A stretch of DNA of 64,000 nt from Octopus vulgaris. Its lineage: Eukaryota. A program made the position numbers and the translations under genes. Within the stretch, counting starts at the first letter, position 1, and each line of letters opens with the position of its first letter. Shown piece by piece: positions 27,335 to 40,744 of this stretch. The notes beneath the pieces were generated by a model. It ran no database searches, was not told where the DNA came from, and was given only the letters and a program-made list of their open reading frames with translations. The stretch spans positions 71,176,001 to 71,240,000 of the forward strand of contig OX597831.1 in NCBI GenBank assembly GCA_951406725.2, in the 5' to 3' direction.

Positions 27335-30232
27335 TGAAAAACTATGTATATATATCTGATCTATGTGTGTGTGTATTTCCTCTATACACAGCCAAACTAA
27401 ATTTAGCTTGAAGGTTTTTCATTTCTTGGGGAAGGTTCTAGGTTGGGGTCAAACTTTGGCCCTTGTCCATACAACCCTTCCAATTTTTTTTCAGTAGTAT
27501 AATACTAAATTTGGCGTGAAGGTTTTTCATTACGCAGGGAAGGTTCTAAGGGGGTAAAATTTTGGCCCTTGCCCATGTAGGGGGATGTAGCCCTGCTATA
27601 TGGCCCTTCTGATTTTTTTTCAGCAGTATAATATTGTTTCACTTTTATTTCACTTTTGATAACACTTTAATATCATTTCACTTTTATTCTTTTACTTTTG
27701 ACTTCTGATTTTTTTTTCAGTGTTATCATATTGTTTCATTTATATTGTTTCATTTTTTATAAGACTATAATATTGTTTATACTACATACATACAACTGCT
27801 TACAAAAATAGAGATTAATGTATAATTTTTTTTCTATGTTCATAAGTTTTTGTTTACAATATTGGAATATATCACCTAAGAAAAGTCGTAATCTCTCCAG
27901 AAACGACTATAAAGCAAGGAGGATTGTATTACGTATCAAGAGTACATAACTAAGTGGATGTTACGGGTCGTGAGGCACTGTTTAAAATGTCTGTCCCACC
28001 ATACCATGAAGAGGTTAGCAACATCACCAGCGATCACTTCTCCAATAGCACTGCCTTTTATCTGTTTATACAGTTTGTTGTTAAACTTAAAAATATGGGT
28101 TTTAAGCATAGTTCTAAGGCTGACACCGATAGCACGTGCGATAACTATCGCACATGTGTGGTAACTTTGGTCAGCATGGAGCTATAGCAGAAGACACTTG
28201 CCCAAGATGTCTCACAGTAAAATTGAACCCAGAACCATGTGATTGGTAAGCAAGCTTCTGAGCACATAGCCATGCCTGCACCTATGTATATATATAAGTT
28301 ATATTTATGAAAAATTATACAATTTTTATTAAGATCAATAAAATTACATGCCTAATTTGTACACAACTTCTCTTTAACACACAACAAAAAAGTAGCTAAA
28401 TAAAAACATAAGATCAATATATATTTTATCTCTTTCTATTTATCAATGTTTTTGAAATTCTGATTTATCCATTAAAATATTAGTTATTAATGACCCGTAA
28501 TTTTGTTAGCATAATGATTAGCAAAATGCTAACCAAAGGCAACAAATTTACAAACATGGAGATTTATGATAAATTTTATAATTAACACTAAAATGGGTGT
28601 CTGTTATCAATAAAATTACTCACATAATTTGTGTTTAGAATTTATGTACACAACCATTGCAATAGGCTCTACCTGTAGGTATGTTCTTTATGACTACAAG
28701 CAAGAAAATCGTGTTGAATTGGATGTTAGGAATGAATAAATTCAGAGTTGGAGACTTGTGATGAATTAAGACTTGTTTCGTTAATTTGATTGTATAGTTT
28801 GATTATAACATTAGAAAAAAATGGACCAAAATATCCACATGTTTTCATGAAAATATATTAATATTGGCATTTAAAATTTTTTACTAGTTATTCTAGACAT
28901 AAAAAATGCTTTGGTTTAGTAAGTTACATAGACATATAACCATTATTTTTTAATGTCCTTCCTCATTCATCATTGTTGATGTTGTCATCGTTGTTATTGT
29001 TGTTGTTATCATCGTCGTCATCATCCTAATCATCATCATCATTATTTTTATATTTCGCAAGTGTAGTGTGTAAATGTTTTACCTCCTCCCTTCAAGATGT
29101 TTTATCCAAGCATTACCAAATGAAATTTTCCTTGGAATGCTTGTAAAAAGAAAATATAATTGTCTCAGCTGGGGTTTCGTATGATACCCCAAGGGTAAAT
29201 AACAGATATAACAAAACAAAAAAAGGTTTGATTCAGAAACTTTAGAGATTTTATTTATATACATTACGTTTACACTCCCATAGTGGCTACTACACAATAA
29301 TTTTGCTAAATGACATAACACTACAGTGACTAGAAATATAAAAAAAGAAATTCAAAATCACAACACCTAAACGTTTGAGAGGAAGAAGACAAGGATTAGT
29401 GAACAGTAAGTAAATAGAAGAAAATATTCAAAATATTCCGATAAGACAGCAATTGTAATGCCAGCAAAATAGCAGCAGCGATTCTTATATGATTTGAAAT
29501 AAGGTTGTCCATTTAAATAGTAGCCGTGTGAAAGCAAACCATCCTTCAATACAAAATGAACAGATGGAAGGTAAGGTTTTGATCTCTCATGGTTACAAGC
29601 AAAAAATAGAAATGGGAGAATTTTGTAAAACTGAATAGCATTTCTTTGCTACAGAAGCTAATCCAGGGGAGCACAAAGAGAATAATTATATACCTCTGCT
29701 TGTGAATAAGCTGAAGTGGATTTAATTTAACCTTCATGTCAAGTAGTTCAAGAAGCATTCCAGGACATATCAGAAGAAGGGATCCCGATTAAAAATGGTA
29801 AAAAAACTATGCAGTACCTTTAAAACTGAGGTGACAGCTAAAATTGTTGACTTACTTCTAACTATTTAGTTGTGCCCCAGTATATTGGTCAAAGAAATAC
29901 AAGAGTCACAAGAAGGTATACTGGATATGATGTAGAAACTCCTAGTGACAGTTCCATATCATTTGTGCCTCTTCAAGGACTTGTGGTTAGTAAAGAAGGC
30001 AGTGGAGCTGGTAGAATCATTAACACACTTGGCAAAATGCTTCACAGCATTTTGTCTGTCTTTATGTTGTGAGTTCAAACTTGAGGATGAATCTGCCTTT
30101 CCTTCTTATGAGGTCAATAACATAAGTACCAGTTGAGAACTGGGGTCAATGTAATCAACTAGCCCCTCACCTCTCAAAATTACAGGCTTTGTGCCTATAA
30201 TAGAAAGGATTATTATTATTATTATTATTATT

Positions 30233-30620
30233 TACTTTTAATCTGTATATTTGTTACAATCTCTTGTCAAGACACTCAGTGTCCTAGGGCGAGTGAAGGA
30301 TAAGAGATGTTACTGTATGACTGGAACTTTGGGAAGTAGCAGGGACAGTTGTGAAATATTGTCATGTAATACAACACAGATATTTAAATTGATAGGGTTT
30401 TCCTAAGGATGTGGGCAGTACTTCTCAACACAATCTTTTGGATTTCTCTGAGACATGGTTCTCCTGGGATCTTATCTAGATGTTTCTGATATCCCTTTTT
30501 TTTATCAAACCTAGGACATCCACAATAACAGGAACAGTTCTCACTTTAAGATGCCACATCTTTTGTATTTCAATTTCCAGGTCTTTATATTTACTTAATT
30601 TGTAAAATTCCTTTACAAAA
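30233..30620 (-). mobile_element. R4/Dong-like (restriction-like endonuclease) non-LTR 3' fragment
   Basis: KLSKYKDLEIEIQKMWHLKVRTVPVIVDVLGLIKK, the C-terminal pattern of this clade; (TAA)n on both sides. Confidence 0.75.
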
Positions 30621-31831
30621 TTATTATTATTATTATTATTATTATTATTGGGGTGGTGGAGTGGCAGAATCATTATAGTATTGCAACAATATGCTTTATG
30701 GTGTTTGTTCTGGCTCTTCCCATTCTGGGTTTGAATACAACTGAGGTCAGCTTTGGCTTTTTATGATTTGAGGTTGGTATAATAAACTACCAGTTGAGTA
30801 CTGGGGTCAGTGGTATTGACTATTCCTGCTCCCCATAAAATTACTGTCCTTGTGCCAAAATTTAAAGGAATTGTCATTATGAAGATGCAAGCTGGCAGTA
30901 TTGCTAACATGTCAGCCAAAATGCTTAGTGACACTTTTTTAGTCTTTTTACCTTCTGAGTTCTAATTCTGGTGTGGTTAACTTTGCCTTTCATACTTTCA
31001 GGGTTGATAAAATAAGTATCCGTCAAGCAGTGAGACCAATGTAATTGTCTCACCCTTCCCCTCAAAATTCTTGGCCTTATGCCAAAATCAGAAAGAATTA
31101 TTGTTATTATTGGTGGTGGTGATGGTAGTAGTAGTAGTGGTGGTGGTGGTAGTATAATAATAATACTATTATCAGTGAATGTCAATTTATAAAGCAAACA
31201 GACCAATTTGTTTCCTTTGCTGTTGTCTCTGCTTTTCATCTTTACTGCAATTAATAAAATAAGTATTAATCAACTAATGCTTTTTGATCTATTTGACAAA
31301 GCTCCTACACACGCACACACGCACACACACACACGCACACACACACACACACTCATACACACACACACATAGACTCACACACACACTACATTTAAGGATC
31401 TGATTGTATGTTAAAAATTATTATTATTATTATTATTCGATGCCAGTGCCGCCTGACTGGCTCCTGTGCTGGTGGCACATAAAAAGCACCAATCGAGCAT
31501 GGTCGATGCCAATGCCACCTGCTTGGCCCCCGTGCCAGTGGCATGTAAAAAGCACCCACTACACTCTCGGAGTGGTTGGTGTTAGGAAGGGCATCCAGCT
31601 GTAGAAACCTTGCCAGATCAGATTGGAGCCTGGTGCAGCCTCCTGGCTTGCCAGTCCCCAGTCAAACCATCCAACCCATGCTGAGATCCACTTTACCTTT
31701 CATCCTTTCAGAGTCAATAGAATAAGTACCAGTCGAGTACTAGGGTCAATGTATTCGACTATCCCCCTTCCCTAAATTTCAGGCCTTTTTCCTATAGTAG
31801 AAAGGATTATTATTATTGTTATTATTATTAG

Positions 31832-32213
31832 TGGAGGCGCAATGGCCCAGTGGTTAGGGCAACGGACTTGCGGTCATAGGATCGCGGTTTCCATTCCCAG
31901 ACCGGGCGTTGTGAGTGTTTATTGAGCGAAAACACCTAAAGCTCCACGAGGCTCCGGCAGGGGATGGTGGTGATCCCTGCTGTACTCTTTCACCACAACT
32001 TTCTCTCACTCTTACTTCCTGTTTCTGTTGTACCTGTATTTCAAAGGGCCGGCCTTGTCACTCTCTGTGTCACGCTGAATATCCCCGAGAACTACGTTAA
32101 GGGTACACGTGTCTGTGGAGTGCTCAGCCACTTACACGTTAATTTCACGAGCAGGCTGTTCCGTTGATTCGGATCAACCGGAACCCTCGTCGTCGTAACC
32201 GACGGAGTGCTTC
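31832..32213 (+). mobile_element. tRNA-derived SINE family B
   Basis: GGCGCAATGGCCCAGTGGTTAGGGC...GGTTTCCATTCCC tRNA-like head; near-identical to 60631-61013. Confidence 0.9.
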
Positions 32214-32216
32214 CCC

Positions 32217-32273
<57 letters not shown>

Positions 32274-32497
32274 GGCAGTGAGCTGGCAGAATCATTAGTA
32301 CGCTGGATGAAATGCTTAGCGGTATTTCGCCTATTGCTACATTCTGAGTTCAAATTCCCCTGAGGTCAACTTTACCTTTTATCCTTTTGGGGTTGATATA
32401 AATAAGTAACAGTTGGACACTGGGGTCAATGTAATTGATTCATCCCCTCTCCCAAAATTGCTGCCTTTGTGGAAAAATTTGAAACTATTTTTATTAT

Positions 32498-32920
32498 TAC
32501 TCTTTACTCTCTCTTTAACTCTTTTACTTGTTTCAGTCATTTGACTGTAGCCATGCTGGAGCACCACCTTTAGTCGAGCAAATCGACCCCAGGACTTATT
32601 CTTTGTAAGAATATTCTAGTACTTATTGTATCGGTCTCTTTTGCCAAACTGCTAAGTTACAGGGACATAAACACACCAGCACCGGTTGTCAAGCGATGTC
32701 GGGGGGACAAACACAGACACGCAAACACACATACACATATTTACATATACATATATACAACAGGCTTCTTTCAGTTTTTGTCTACCAAATCCACTCACAA
32801 GGCTTTGGTCAACCTGAGGCTATAGTAGAAGACATTTGCCCAAGGTGCCATGCAGTGGGACTGAACCCGGAACCATGTGGCTGGTAAGCAAGCTACTTAC
32901 CACACAGCACTCCTGCGCTT
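32498..32920 (-). mobile_element. SINE family A
   Basis: Reverse complement of family A. Confidence 0.88.
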
Positions 32921-32921
32921 A

Positions 32922-32958
<37 letters not shown>

Positions 32959-33366
32959 TTAATTTTTATTATTATTAAGGCAGTGAACTGGCAGAATCAT
33001 TAGCATGCTGGTTGAAATTCTTTGCAGTATTTTGTCCGCCGCACATTCTGAGTTCAAATTCCGCTGAGGTTGACTTTACCTTTGATCCTTTTGAGGGTGA
33101 TAAATTGAGTACCACTGAAACAAATTTCAGGCCTTGTTATTATTACTGAGGAAGCAAACTGGTAGAACCATTAGCAACCTGGCCAAAATGCCTAGTGGTA
33201 TTTCATCCATCTTTGCATTCTGAGTTCAAATTCTACCATCATCAACTTTGCCTTTCATTGTTTCGAGGTCAATAAAAGAGATACCATCTGAGCACTGAGG
33301 TTGATATAATTGATTACTCCCATCCCCCAGGATTTCAAGCCTTGTGTTTGTCATAGCAAGGATTAT

Positions 33367-34856
33367 TCATCATCATCATCATCATCATCATTTAACATCC
33401 GTTGTCTATGCTGGCATGGGTTGGACGATTTGATGGGGCTGGCATGCTGGAAGGCTGTGCTAGGATCCAGTCTAATCTGGCATGGTTTACTATGGCTAGA
33501 TGCCCTTCCTAGTACCAACCACTCTGAGAGCATTATGGGTGCTTTTACATTTGTGTGACACCGGTATCTGCCGCTACTGCAATTTTGCTTGCCTTGATAG
33601 GTCTTCATCTCAAGCATGACATAATGCCAAATGTCTTGGTCATTGCTTCTGTGAGGCCCAACACTCAAAAGGAACTCAGCCACTTTGCCTCCATGAGGCC
33701 CACTTGAAAGGAACTCAGCTACCTCGCCTCTGCGAGACCTGACACTTGAAATGAACTCAGCCACTTTGCCTCCATGAGGCCCAGTGCTCAAAAGGTACTC
33801 AGCCACTTTGCTTCCGTGAAGCCCGACATTCAAAGGTCGATTTTTTTTACATGCCACCAGCACAGGTGCACTTGGCTTGATGGGTCCTCTTAAGCAGAGC
33901 ACATCACCGAAGGTCACAGTCACTAGTCATTGCCTCTGTGAGGCTCTAAGTTCGAAGGTTAAGTTTCACCCCCTCATCCCATGTCTTCCTGGGTCTACCT
34001 CTACCACAGGTTCCCTCCACAATTAAAAATCAACACCTCTTTACGCAACTCTCCTCGTCCATACACAACATATGACCATACCAGCACAGTCGTCTCTCTT
34101 GCACACCACATTTGATGCCATTTATGCCTAACCTTTCTCTCATGATGCTTACACTCTGTCGAACATGTACACTGACATTGCACATCCAGTGAAGCGCACT
34201 AGTTTCATTTCTCTGAAGCCTACGCATGTCCTTGGCTGTCATAACCCATGTTTCACTGCCATGCAGCATAGCTGTTTGTACACAGGTATCAAACACTCTG
34301 TCTTTCACTCTGAGAGAGAAGCCCTTTGCTGCCAGCAAGGGTAGGAACTCTCTGAACTTTGCCCAGCCTAATCTTATTCTCAAGGTTATGCTTTCAGAAC
34401 AATCACCCCCACTACTAACCTGGTCGCTTAGTTACCAGAAGCTATCTACTACCTCTAGCTTGTCCCCCCTGGCAGTTGATGGAGTCTATTTTCCACATAT
34501 TAAAGTTGGTTTCTCTGTTAATCCTTCTTTAATGTTGCTGTGCCTTTTGTGTGTTCAAAACTTACATTGGGTGCATCTTATGGAGTTTCTACCTACACCT
34601 TTTCTACAGACTGAGCTGGGTCATCTACCTAAGGGGATATGGGATTTGTTTACCTTCCTACTCGCTATGACTTTGGTTTTTGCTAGATTAACTCTAAGGC
34701 CCTTCAATTCTAGACCTTGTTTCCATACCTGGAACTTCTTCTCTAGCTCAGGTAGTGATTCAGCTATAAGAGCAAGGTCATCACCGTAGAGGAGCTCCCA
34801 GGGTCAGCCTGTCTGGAGGACTATGATGAACAAGAGGGAGTTTAGCACTGATCCTT
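33367..34856 (-). mobile_element. Older degenerate copy of the finger-containing RTE family with 3' UTR
   Basis: RIRLGWAKFREFLPLL...HGSETW homologous to 1247-2521; decayed finger at about 34490-34625; UTR with ~42-nt tandem units; (CAT)n tail. Confidence 0.88.
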
Positions 34857-34857
34857 G

Positions 34858-34931
<74 letters not shown>

Positions 34932-34934
34932 CAT

Positions 34935-34967
<33 letters not shown>
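34857..34967. repeat. (ATT)n/(AAT)n inverted microsatellite junction
   Basis: Direct reading. Confidence 0.9.
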
Positions 34968-34968
<1 letters not shown>

Positions 34969-34974
34969 TTTCAA

Positions 34975-35500
34975 TAGTCTTGTATGTTTTCAGTGTACAA
35001 CTGAGCACATCTTTTTGTTCCTTAGATATGTTCAGTGTTTTGTTTTCTTTCAGTTTTTGTGTTGAAAGTATGTGTGTAATATCTATTAATGCTATATTTT
35101 TGGCATTATCCATATTTGAAAGTGAGTATGCATTGCATTAACCCATGTAAGCTGTGTTGGGCTTTGACTTAAATATTTTCATCATTTCCAACGCAAGTTC
35201 TGGATATTTCTGCTTCCAGTTCTTCGTGTTTGGAAGATGCTCTTTTTAATAGTTTTTATTCTTACAGAAACATATTGTTGTACATGGAATTGATACATTT
35301 ATTTGGAGAAATTACTTTGCTGGCAATCTCTGTCAATAATCAGTGGAATTTACCTTAATCTCCTTGTCTATGTGAACTTGCATGTCCCCGCATATAGTCA
35401 GTTTCTTATTCACTGAGAGCTTTTGTGTTGTGTCTTTGTGATGTCGTCTTTTCCTTGCTATTCGATAAGTATGGTTTCCTTTGTATCAAATCTGATTCAT
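34975..35500 (-). mobile_element. Highly degenerate R4/Dong-like 3' fragment
   Basis: Minus-strand SKHEELEAEISR resembles 30476-30620. Confidence 0.45.
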
Positions 35501-35598
35501 TGATAAATGTTTTTCACTGAGAAAATTCATCCAAGCTGGTGAGCTTTTGCTTGGAAAGGATGAAACAAACATCAGTTTTAGAGTTACAGGCTATAAAA

Positions 35599-35877
35599 GC
35601 CAGGACTCATCTCCAAGCAACAACTAGAGATGGGATCTTGCTGTAGATGAAGGGAGATCTTTAAGTAGATTTGAACTGTTATGCTATGCTTTACATTGAA
35701 CACTAACAGAAATGATGGGTGAAAGGAAAAATGCTTTTCAGAAATACAATATGGAATAAAACACTTTAACTGATTTAATCCAGAATCTTAACTTGAACCT
35801 GAACATTAAATGATTATTTCAACCCCAAAAGGAAAAGCAGAAAGCAAATGCTACTTCTTGAGAACAAGGAAAATAAT
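35599..35877 (+). repeat. Source copy of a ~280-bp local duplication (second copy 38956-39240)
   Basis: Near-identical sequences; one substitution and a 6-nt indel seen. Confidence 0.92.
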
Positions 35878-37789
35878 GTCATGTGACTGACACAAAAACT
35901 TTTATAATTCTGTTGTACCTATTCGTATACTACTGGTTTGGCTAGAACTGGGTCACAGTAAACAAAATGATTGATATTTTCTTTATAACCTACTAAAATA
36001 TATCTTAGTTATTTTTTTATACCTGCTTCATTAAAGTTGTATATAGTAGTTTCTGGTGTGAAGGCTTTTGTCTTATGCTTTAAACAAAATCAATTTTGTC
36101 TCAGTTATCAATCCTGGGCTTCTCAGCAGTGCACAGATTTTTCTTTATTCATTTTTATTTTGACAAATGTTATTGGCTATATGTGATTTTTATCTTTTTT
36201 CGCCAGATCAGCATGGCATTTTATACTCTTAATATTTTTTGTTATTATTTCTCCATCTTCACAATTATTTGTAAAATCAGTCTTCTTTATATATTTTCTG
36301 TTATCTTCACATAAAAAAAACATTTTTCTTTTCCGTTTTTTGTTTTCATCGTTTTAGCTATTTTTTCTAGAATTCTTTTATTCTTTCATACATTTTTTTT
36401 TCAGTCTTGCCGTAAATATTTTATGATAGCTTATTTGTCAACATAGAATCTTTCACTTTTGGCGTTTTGGCAATGTTTCCTCGTTTTCTAGTCTTGCCAG
36501 TACACTTAACTTTCAGCTGAGAATACCATAACTCTAACTTATTACTGGAACAGATCTGATATTAATAGCTATTACTTTATTTTTAGTATTTAATTTAGTT
36601 TTAAGTATTAATCTTAATATGTTTGTCATTAGTCAAATTCTTTTAACTGGTCACTGATAAAGACCATCTGAACATCCTATTGTGGAGGACTTTCAACCAA
36701 TGGACTACAGAGAATGTCTAGAAATCCCAGACATGGCTAAGCTGCTGCAGAGGATGGGAAACATTACCATTACAGGATAAATTCGGCTGTCCAAGATGTT
36801 TGCTGGGCAATAAAGCCATTCTGCACACATTTCTTCAGTTCTGCTTCTTAGGCCGGGTGAGGCGCATACTACCCCACTCACATCTTCCCAACCAGCTTGC
36901 CTCTCCTCCTCTAATCACCTTTGATGTGTCTTGTTGCTACCCCTGCCATGTCACACACTAATCACTTTTTCCCCTTCATCTGTGTTGGAACCACTCTGCA
37001 CCACTCCCCTCCCACCACCACCATTCATGCCTCCTCGTAATTATTGCCTAGCAGAACATTAATGGCATCGGTCCCAGTCAAATGAGAAGAGCTTATAAAA
37101 ACCATGGGTACTGCCCCTTCTTATAAATGCAGTGAATAAAAGAATTTGTTCTTCCACCTTCAGGTGTTGTCCTGTGTAGGATGAATTTGCCCACAAGCAG
37201 ATTGTAATCAAAATACACTGGAAATAATAATAATAATCACCAAGGATCAGTGCTAAACCCCCTCTTGTTCATCATAGTCCTCCAGGCAATAACAGAGGAA
37301 TTTAAGACAGGTTGACCTTGGGAGCTCCTCTTTTTTACCCTGAATGGGTAAGTAGTTTTCTTTTGCTTGGTGCCTGGAGCTAAAGAAATTTTAAGAAGGA
37401 CAAGATTGGTAGGACTGAGGATAACCCTCTTTGCGTTAGCTCTCATTGATATTTTCCAGTTCCACTTGGAGAAGAAGGTAACATAAGAATGACATAATGT
37501 CCTGTAAACGTGTGGAAAGATTGTCATCATCACTTAGCGTCTGTTTTCCATGCTGGCATGGGTAAGACTGTTTGACTGAAACTGGTAAGCCAGGGAACTA
37601 CAAAAGGTTCCAGTCTATTCTGGCTTGGTTTCTATGGCTGGATGCCATTCCTAATGCCAACCACTCCACAGAATGTACTGTGTGCCTCTCACATGTCACC
37701 AGCATGGGTACTTTTTGCATGTCACTGGCACTGGGCATGACTACAATTTCTCTTAGCTTGACACGTCTCCTCAAGCACAGTTTTTATTA

Positions 37790-38515
37790 CTAAGATAACT
37801 ATACAAAAATATCACAGGCAGTCAAGAATCCTGATGATTGTGCAAAATTATAAAAAGACAAGTGGGCTGGAGGAAACAGCATAGTTCAATGCTGAAAAAT
37901 GTCAAGTGCTTCACTATCAGCCCACAAGCAGATTGTTATCAAAATACACAGGATCAGAGTGCATCGCAATCTCAAAGTCACAATCAGTGTGTATGATCTG
38001 AGAATCCAAATGAATAATGATACACCATTCTATGTGCATGTAACTAAGATGGCTACAATATGCAGGTGATTTGTTGGTTGGATTTTGAGACCATTGAGAA
38101 CTAGGGAAAAAAAAACCATTAGTTCTCTAACAGACATTTATTCTCAGTCACCTGGACAATCACTTCCAATTATAGTCAACACATAACATTCAGCTAAAAG
38201 CAGAGCTTGAGGCAATCCAGCCCCCCCCCCCCCAAAAAAAAATCGCTTCTATTGAACAAATGAACCACTGGAAGAAGCTAAAACAATGAGGCTCTATTTA
38301 CTAACGTTAAGGTATGAAAGTTATCCAGTGATATAGAAATGGAAGATCCTGGATGTTCTAGCACCTAAATTTGGGATTGAAAGCTATACCAACCCTTGAA
38401 TTGGATTCTCAGATCAGACACAATGATTGTGACTTTGAGATTGCAATGCAACCTGATCAAATGTATTTTGATTGCAATCTGTTTGTCGGCTGATAGTAAA
38501 GCACTTAACGTTTTT
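37790..38515 (+). mobile_element. Degenerate CR1-type LINE RT fragment with an inverted duplicated piece (38402-38515)
   Basis: NPDDCAKL, FNAEKCQVLH and VYDLRIQM-like motifs; 38402-38515 is the reverse complement of about 37895-38010. Confidence 0.62.
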
Positions 38516-38681
38516 AATATATGAAAATCTACTTAATTTATGAAAATCTTTCTTCAAATATTATGACAGTATCAAGAATTCTTTCTAAAAGAATTCACAT
38601 TTGTCTGTCTGTCTGGCCGTCTGGCCGTCCGTCTGTCCATCCATTTATGCATATGCACGTGCACACACACACACATATATA

Positions 38682-38808
38682 CAGGGTGTCCACAAAGTCT
38701 GGGTGCATGGAGTAAATAAAATCATAACATAAAGAATTAAATATAAGAAATAATAATTTCTTGAAGTATGTTTTAGTCCCCATGTACCCTGACTTTGTGG
38801 ACACCCTG
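38682..38808. mobile_element. 127-bp Tc1/mariner-type MITE
   Basis: TA|CAGGGTGTCCACAAAGTC ... GACTTTGTGGACACCCTG|TA. Confidence 0.92.
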
Positions 38809-39815
38809 TATATCATCATCATCCTTTCATCTTTTAATGTTTGTGTTCCATGCTGGAATGGGTTGGCTGGTTTGACCAGAACTGGCAAGCAGAAGAGCTG
38901 TACCAGGCTCCTGTATGATTTGGTTTGATTTCTACAGTTGGATATCCTTCCTAATGCCAGGACTCATCTCCAAGCAACAACTAGAGATGGGATCTTGCTG
39001 TAGATGAAGGAAGATCTTTAAGTAGATTTGAACTGTTATGCTATGCTTTACATTGAACACTAACAGAAATGATGGGTGAAAGGAAAAATGCTTTTCAGAA
39101 ATACAATATGGAATAAAACACTTTAACTGATTTAATCCAGAATCTTAACTTGAACCTGAACATTAAATGATTATTTCAACCCCAAAAGGAAAAGCAGAAA
39201 GCAAATGCTACTTCTTGAGAACTTATACAAGGAAAATAATAATTTCTTTATAGTGTGTGCTGAGTGCTTGCTTTTAACATGGCACTGGCAACATGAAGGC
39301 TTTTACATGGTGCTAGAATGGGAGTTTTTCTTACATGGCATCAATAGAGGACTCTCGCAGATCAATCCTCTGTACCAGGGGGAGCACCCTTAACACTTCT
39401 GCTGTGGAGGACGGTTTTTCTTGAGTACATATACATGTGTGTATGTGTGTGTGAAGGCACGTGGTCTAATGGTTAGGCTGTTGTATTCATGATCACTAGA
39501 TTGTGGGTTCGATTCCCTGACTGGGCAGTACATTGTGTTCTTGAGCAAAATGCCTCATTTCACATCACTCTAGTCCCCCTCTGATCAGTGGGGGAGATTG
39601 TTGGCCTCTTCACCTTGCCAGCAAGGTGGCATCATTTGAAGGCTAAAATAATACAAAAGTGGATTGTGACCAGCAGTATGTAACAACATATGATAGATTG
39701 GTCCATCACATGATACACACACTCACACACACATGCATGCACACAGATAGATGTGTTAATATAATGTATGTATTAGTGTTGCTTTCGAATTTTTCATCAA
39801 TGCAGAAAGAGCTGG

Positions 39816-39886
39816 TTTCTATCCCAGAAGCAAAGTTTTTTCATTGGAGATCAGAATATATCAGCGCGGAAGTCATGTATGCATAT
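39816..39886 (+). CDS. Candidate internal coding exon (phase-0 reading KELVSIPEAKFFHWRSEYISAEV)
   Basis: Acceptor ttttcatcaatgcag|, donor CAT|gtatgc; phase-compatible with 23494-23558 and 50077-50124; all three frames are open, so the frame is inferred. Confidence 0.5.
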
Positions 39887-39904
39887 TTGCATGTATACAT
39901 CCAT

Positions 39905-40138
39905 GCACACACGCACACAACACACACAACACTCACTCACTCACTCATTCACTCAGTCACACACTCATTTACTCACTCACTCACTCACTCACTCACTCAC
40001 TCATTCACTCAGTCACACACTCATTTACTCACTCACTCATTCACTCACTCACTCACTCACTCACTCATTCACTCAGTCACACACTCATTTACTCACTCAC
40101 TCACTCACTCACTCACTCACTCACTCACTCACTCACTC

Positions 40139-40171
<33 letters not shown>

Positions 40172-40217
40172 ATACACACACTCACTCACTCATTCACTCA
40201 CACACACACTCACACAC
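39905..40217. repeat. (CACT)n compound microsatellite with 60-bp higher-order period
   Basis: Direct reading. Confidence 0.9.
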
Positions 40218-40699
40218 AGATAATCAAGCAATTGGACTGACAGATATTGACTGTTGGACAACTGCAAGTAGGATTCTTGTGTATATTTTCATCTTGTCAT
40301 CTTTGTTCCTCTCAGTTTTTCCTCAGTTGTGTGGTGTTAATCAAATGCTCTTTTACACTCTATAATGGCATCACTACTGGAAATTAGACAACAATCAATT
40401 ATTGCTGCTTTGCCAATGTAGACGTATGATCTGAGTAAATATTTTCAAAAGAGATTTAGTGAGAAACAAACACGCGGATGAAAAGATAAACAAAGAGATG
40501 GGGATGGAGAGAGAGAGAGTGTGTGTGTGTATAATGTTGCATGTGTGAGAAAGAGAAAGAAAGGAAGAACAAATGTGTGAAGGAAAGAGAGGTTGTGTGA
40601 GTGAGACGGAGAAATAGAAATGAATAAAGAGAGAGAGAGAGAGAGAGAGATGTGTTGTGTGTGTGTGTGTGATGGAAAGAAACAAAAGTACAGAGTGAT

Positions 40700-40744
<45 letters not shown>

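Larger units (their letters stand above)
29996..33366 (+). mobile_element. Pile-up of about 7 SINE family C copies separated by (ATT)n, with other elements nested
   Basis: Copies near 29996, 30651, 30882, 31686, 32272, 32977 and 33148, each ending in or abutting ATT repeats. Confidence 0.75.

Noticed and set aside
29080-29960. Possible coding relic
   Set aside because: It looks decayed-coding, but I found no recognisable motif or consistent frame
31835-31905. tRNA gene (also 60634 and the family A heads)
   Set aside because: These are tRNA-derived SINE heads that continue into SINE bodies; no complete cloverleaf
37830-37860. CTGATGA as a hammerhead core (also 3082, 7139 and 25914)
   Set aside because: No stem II/GAAA/stem III arrangement; most lie in LINE coding or tail sequence
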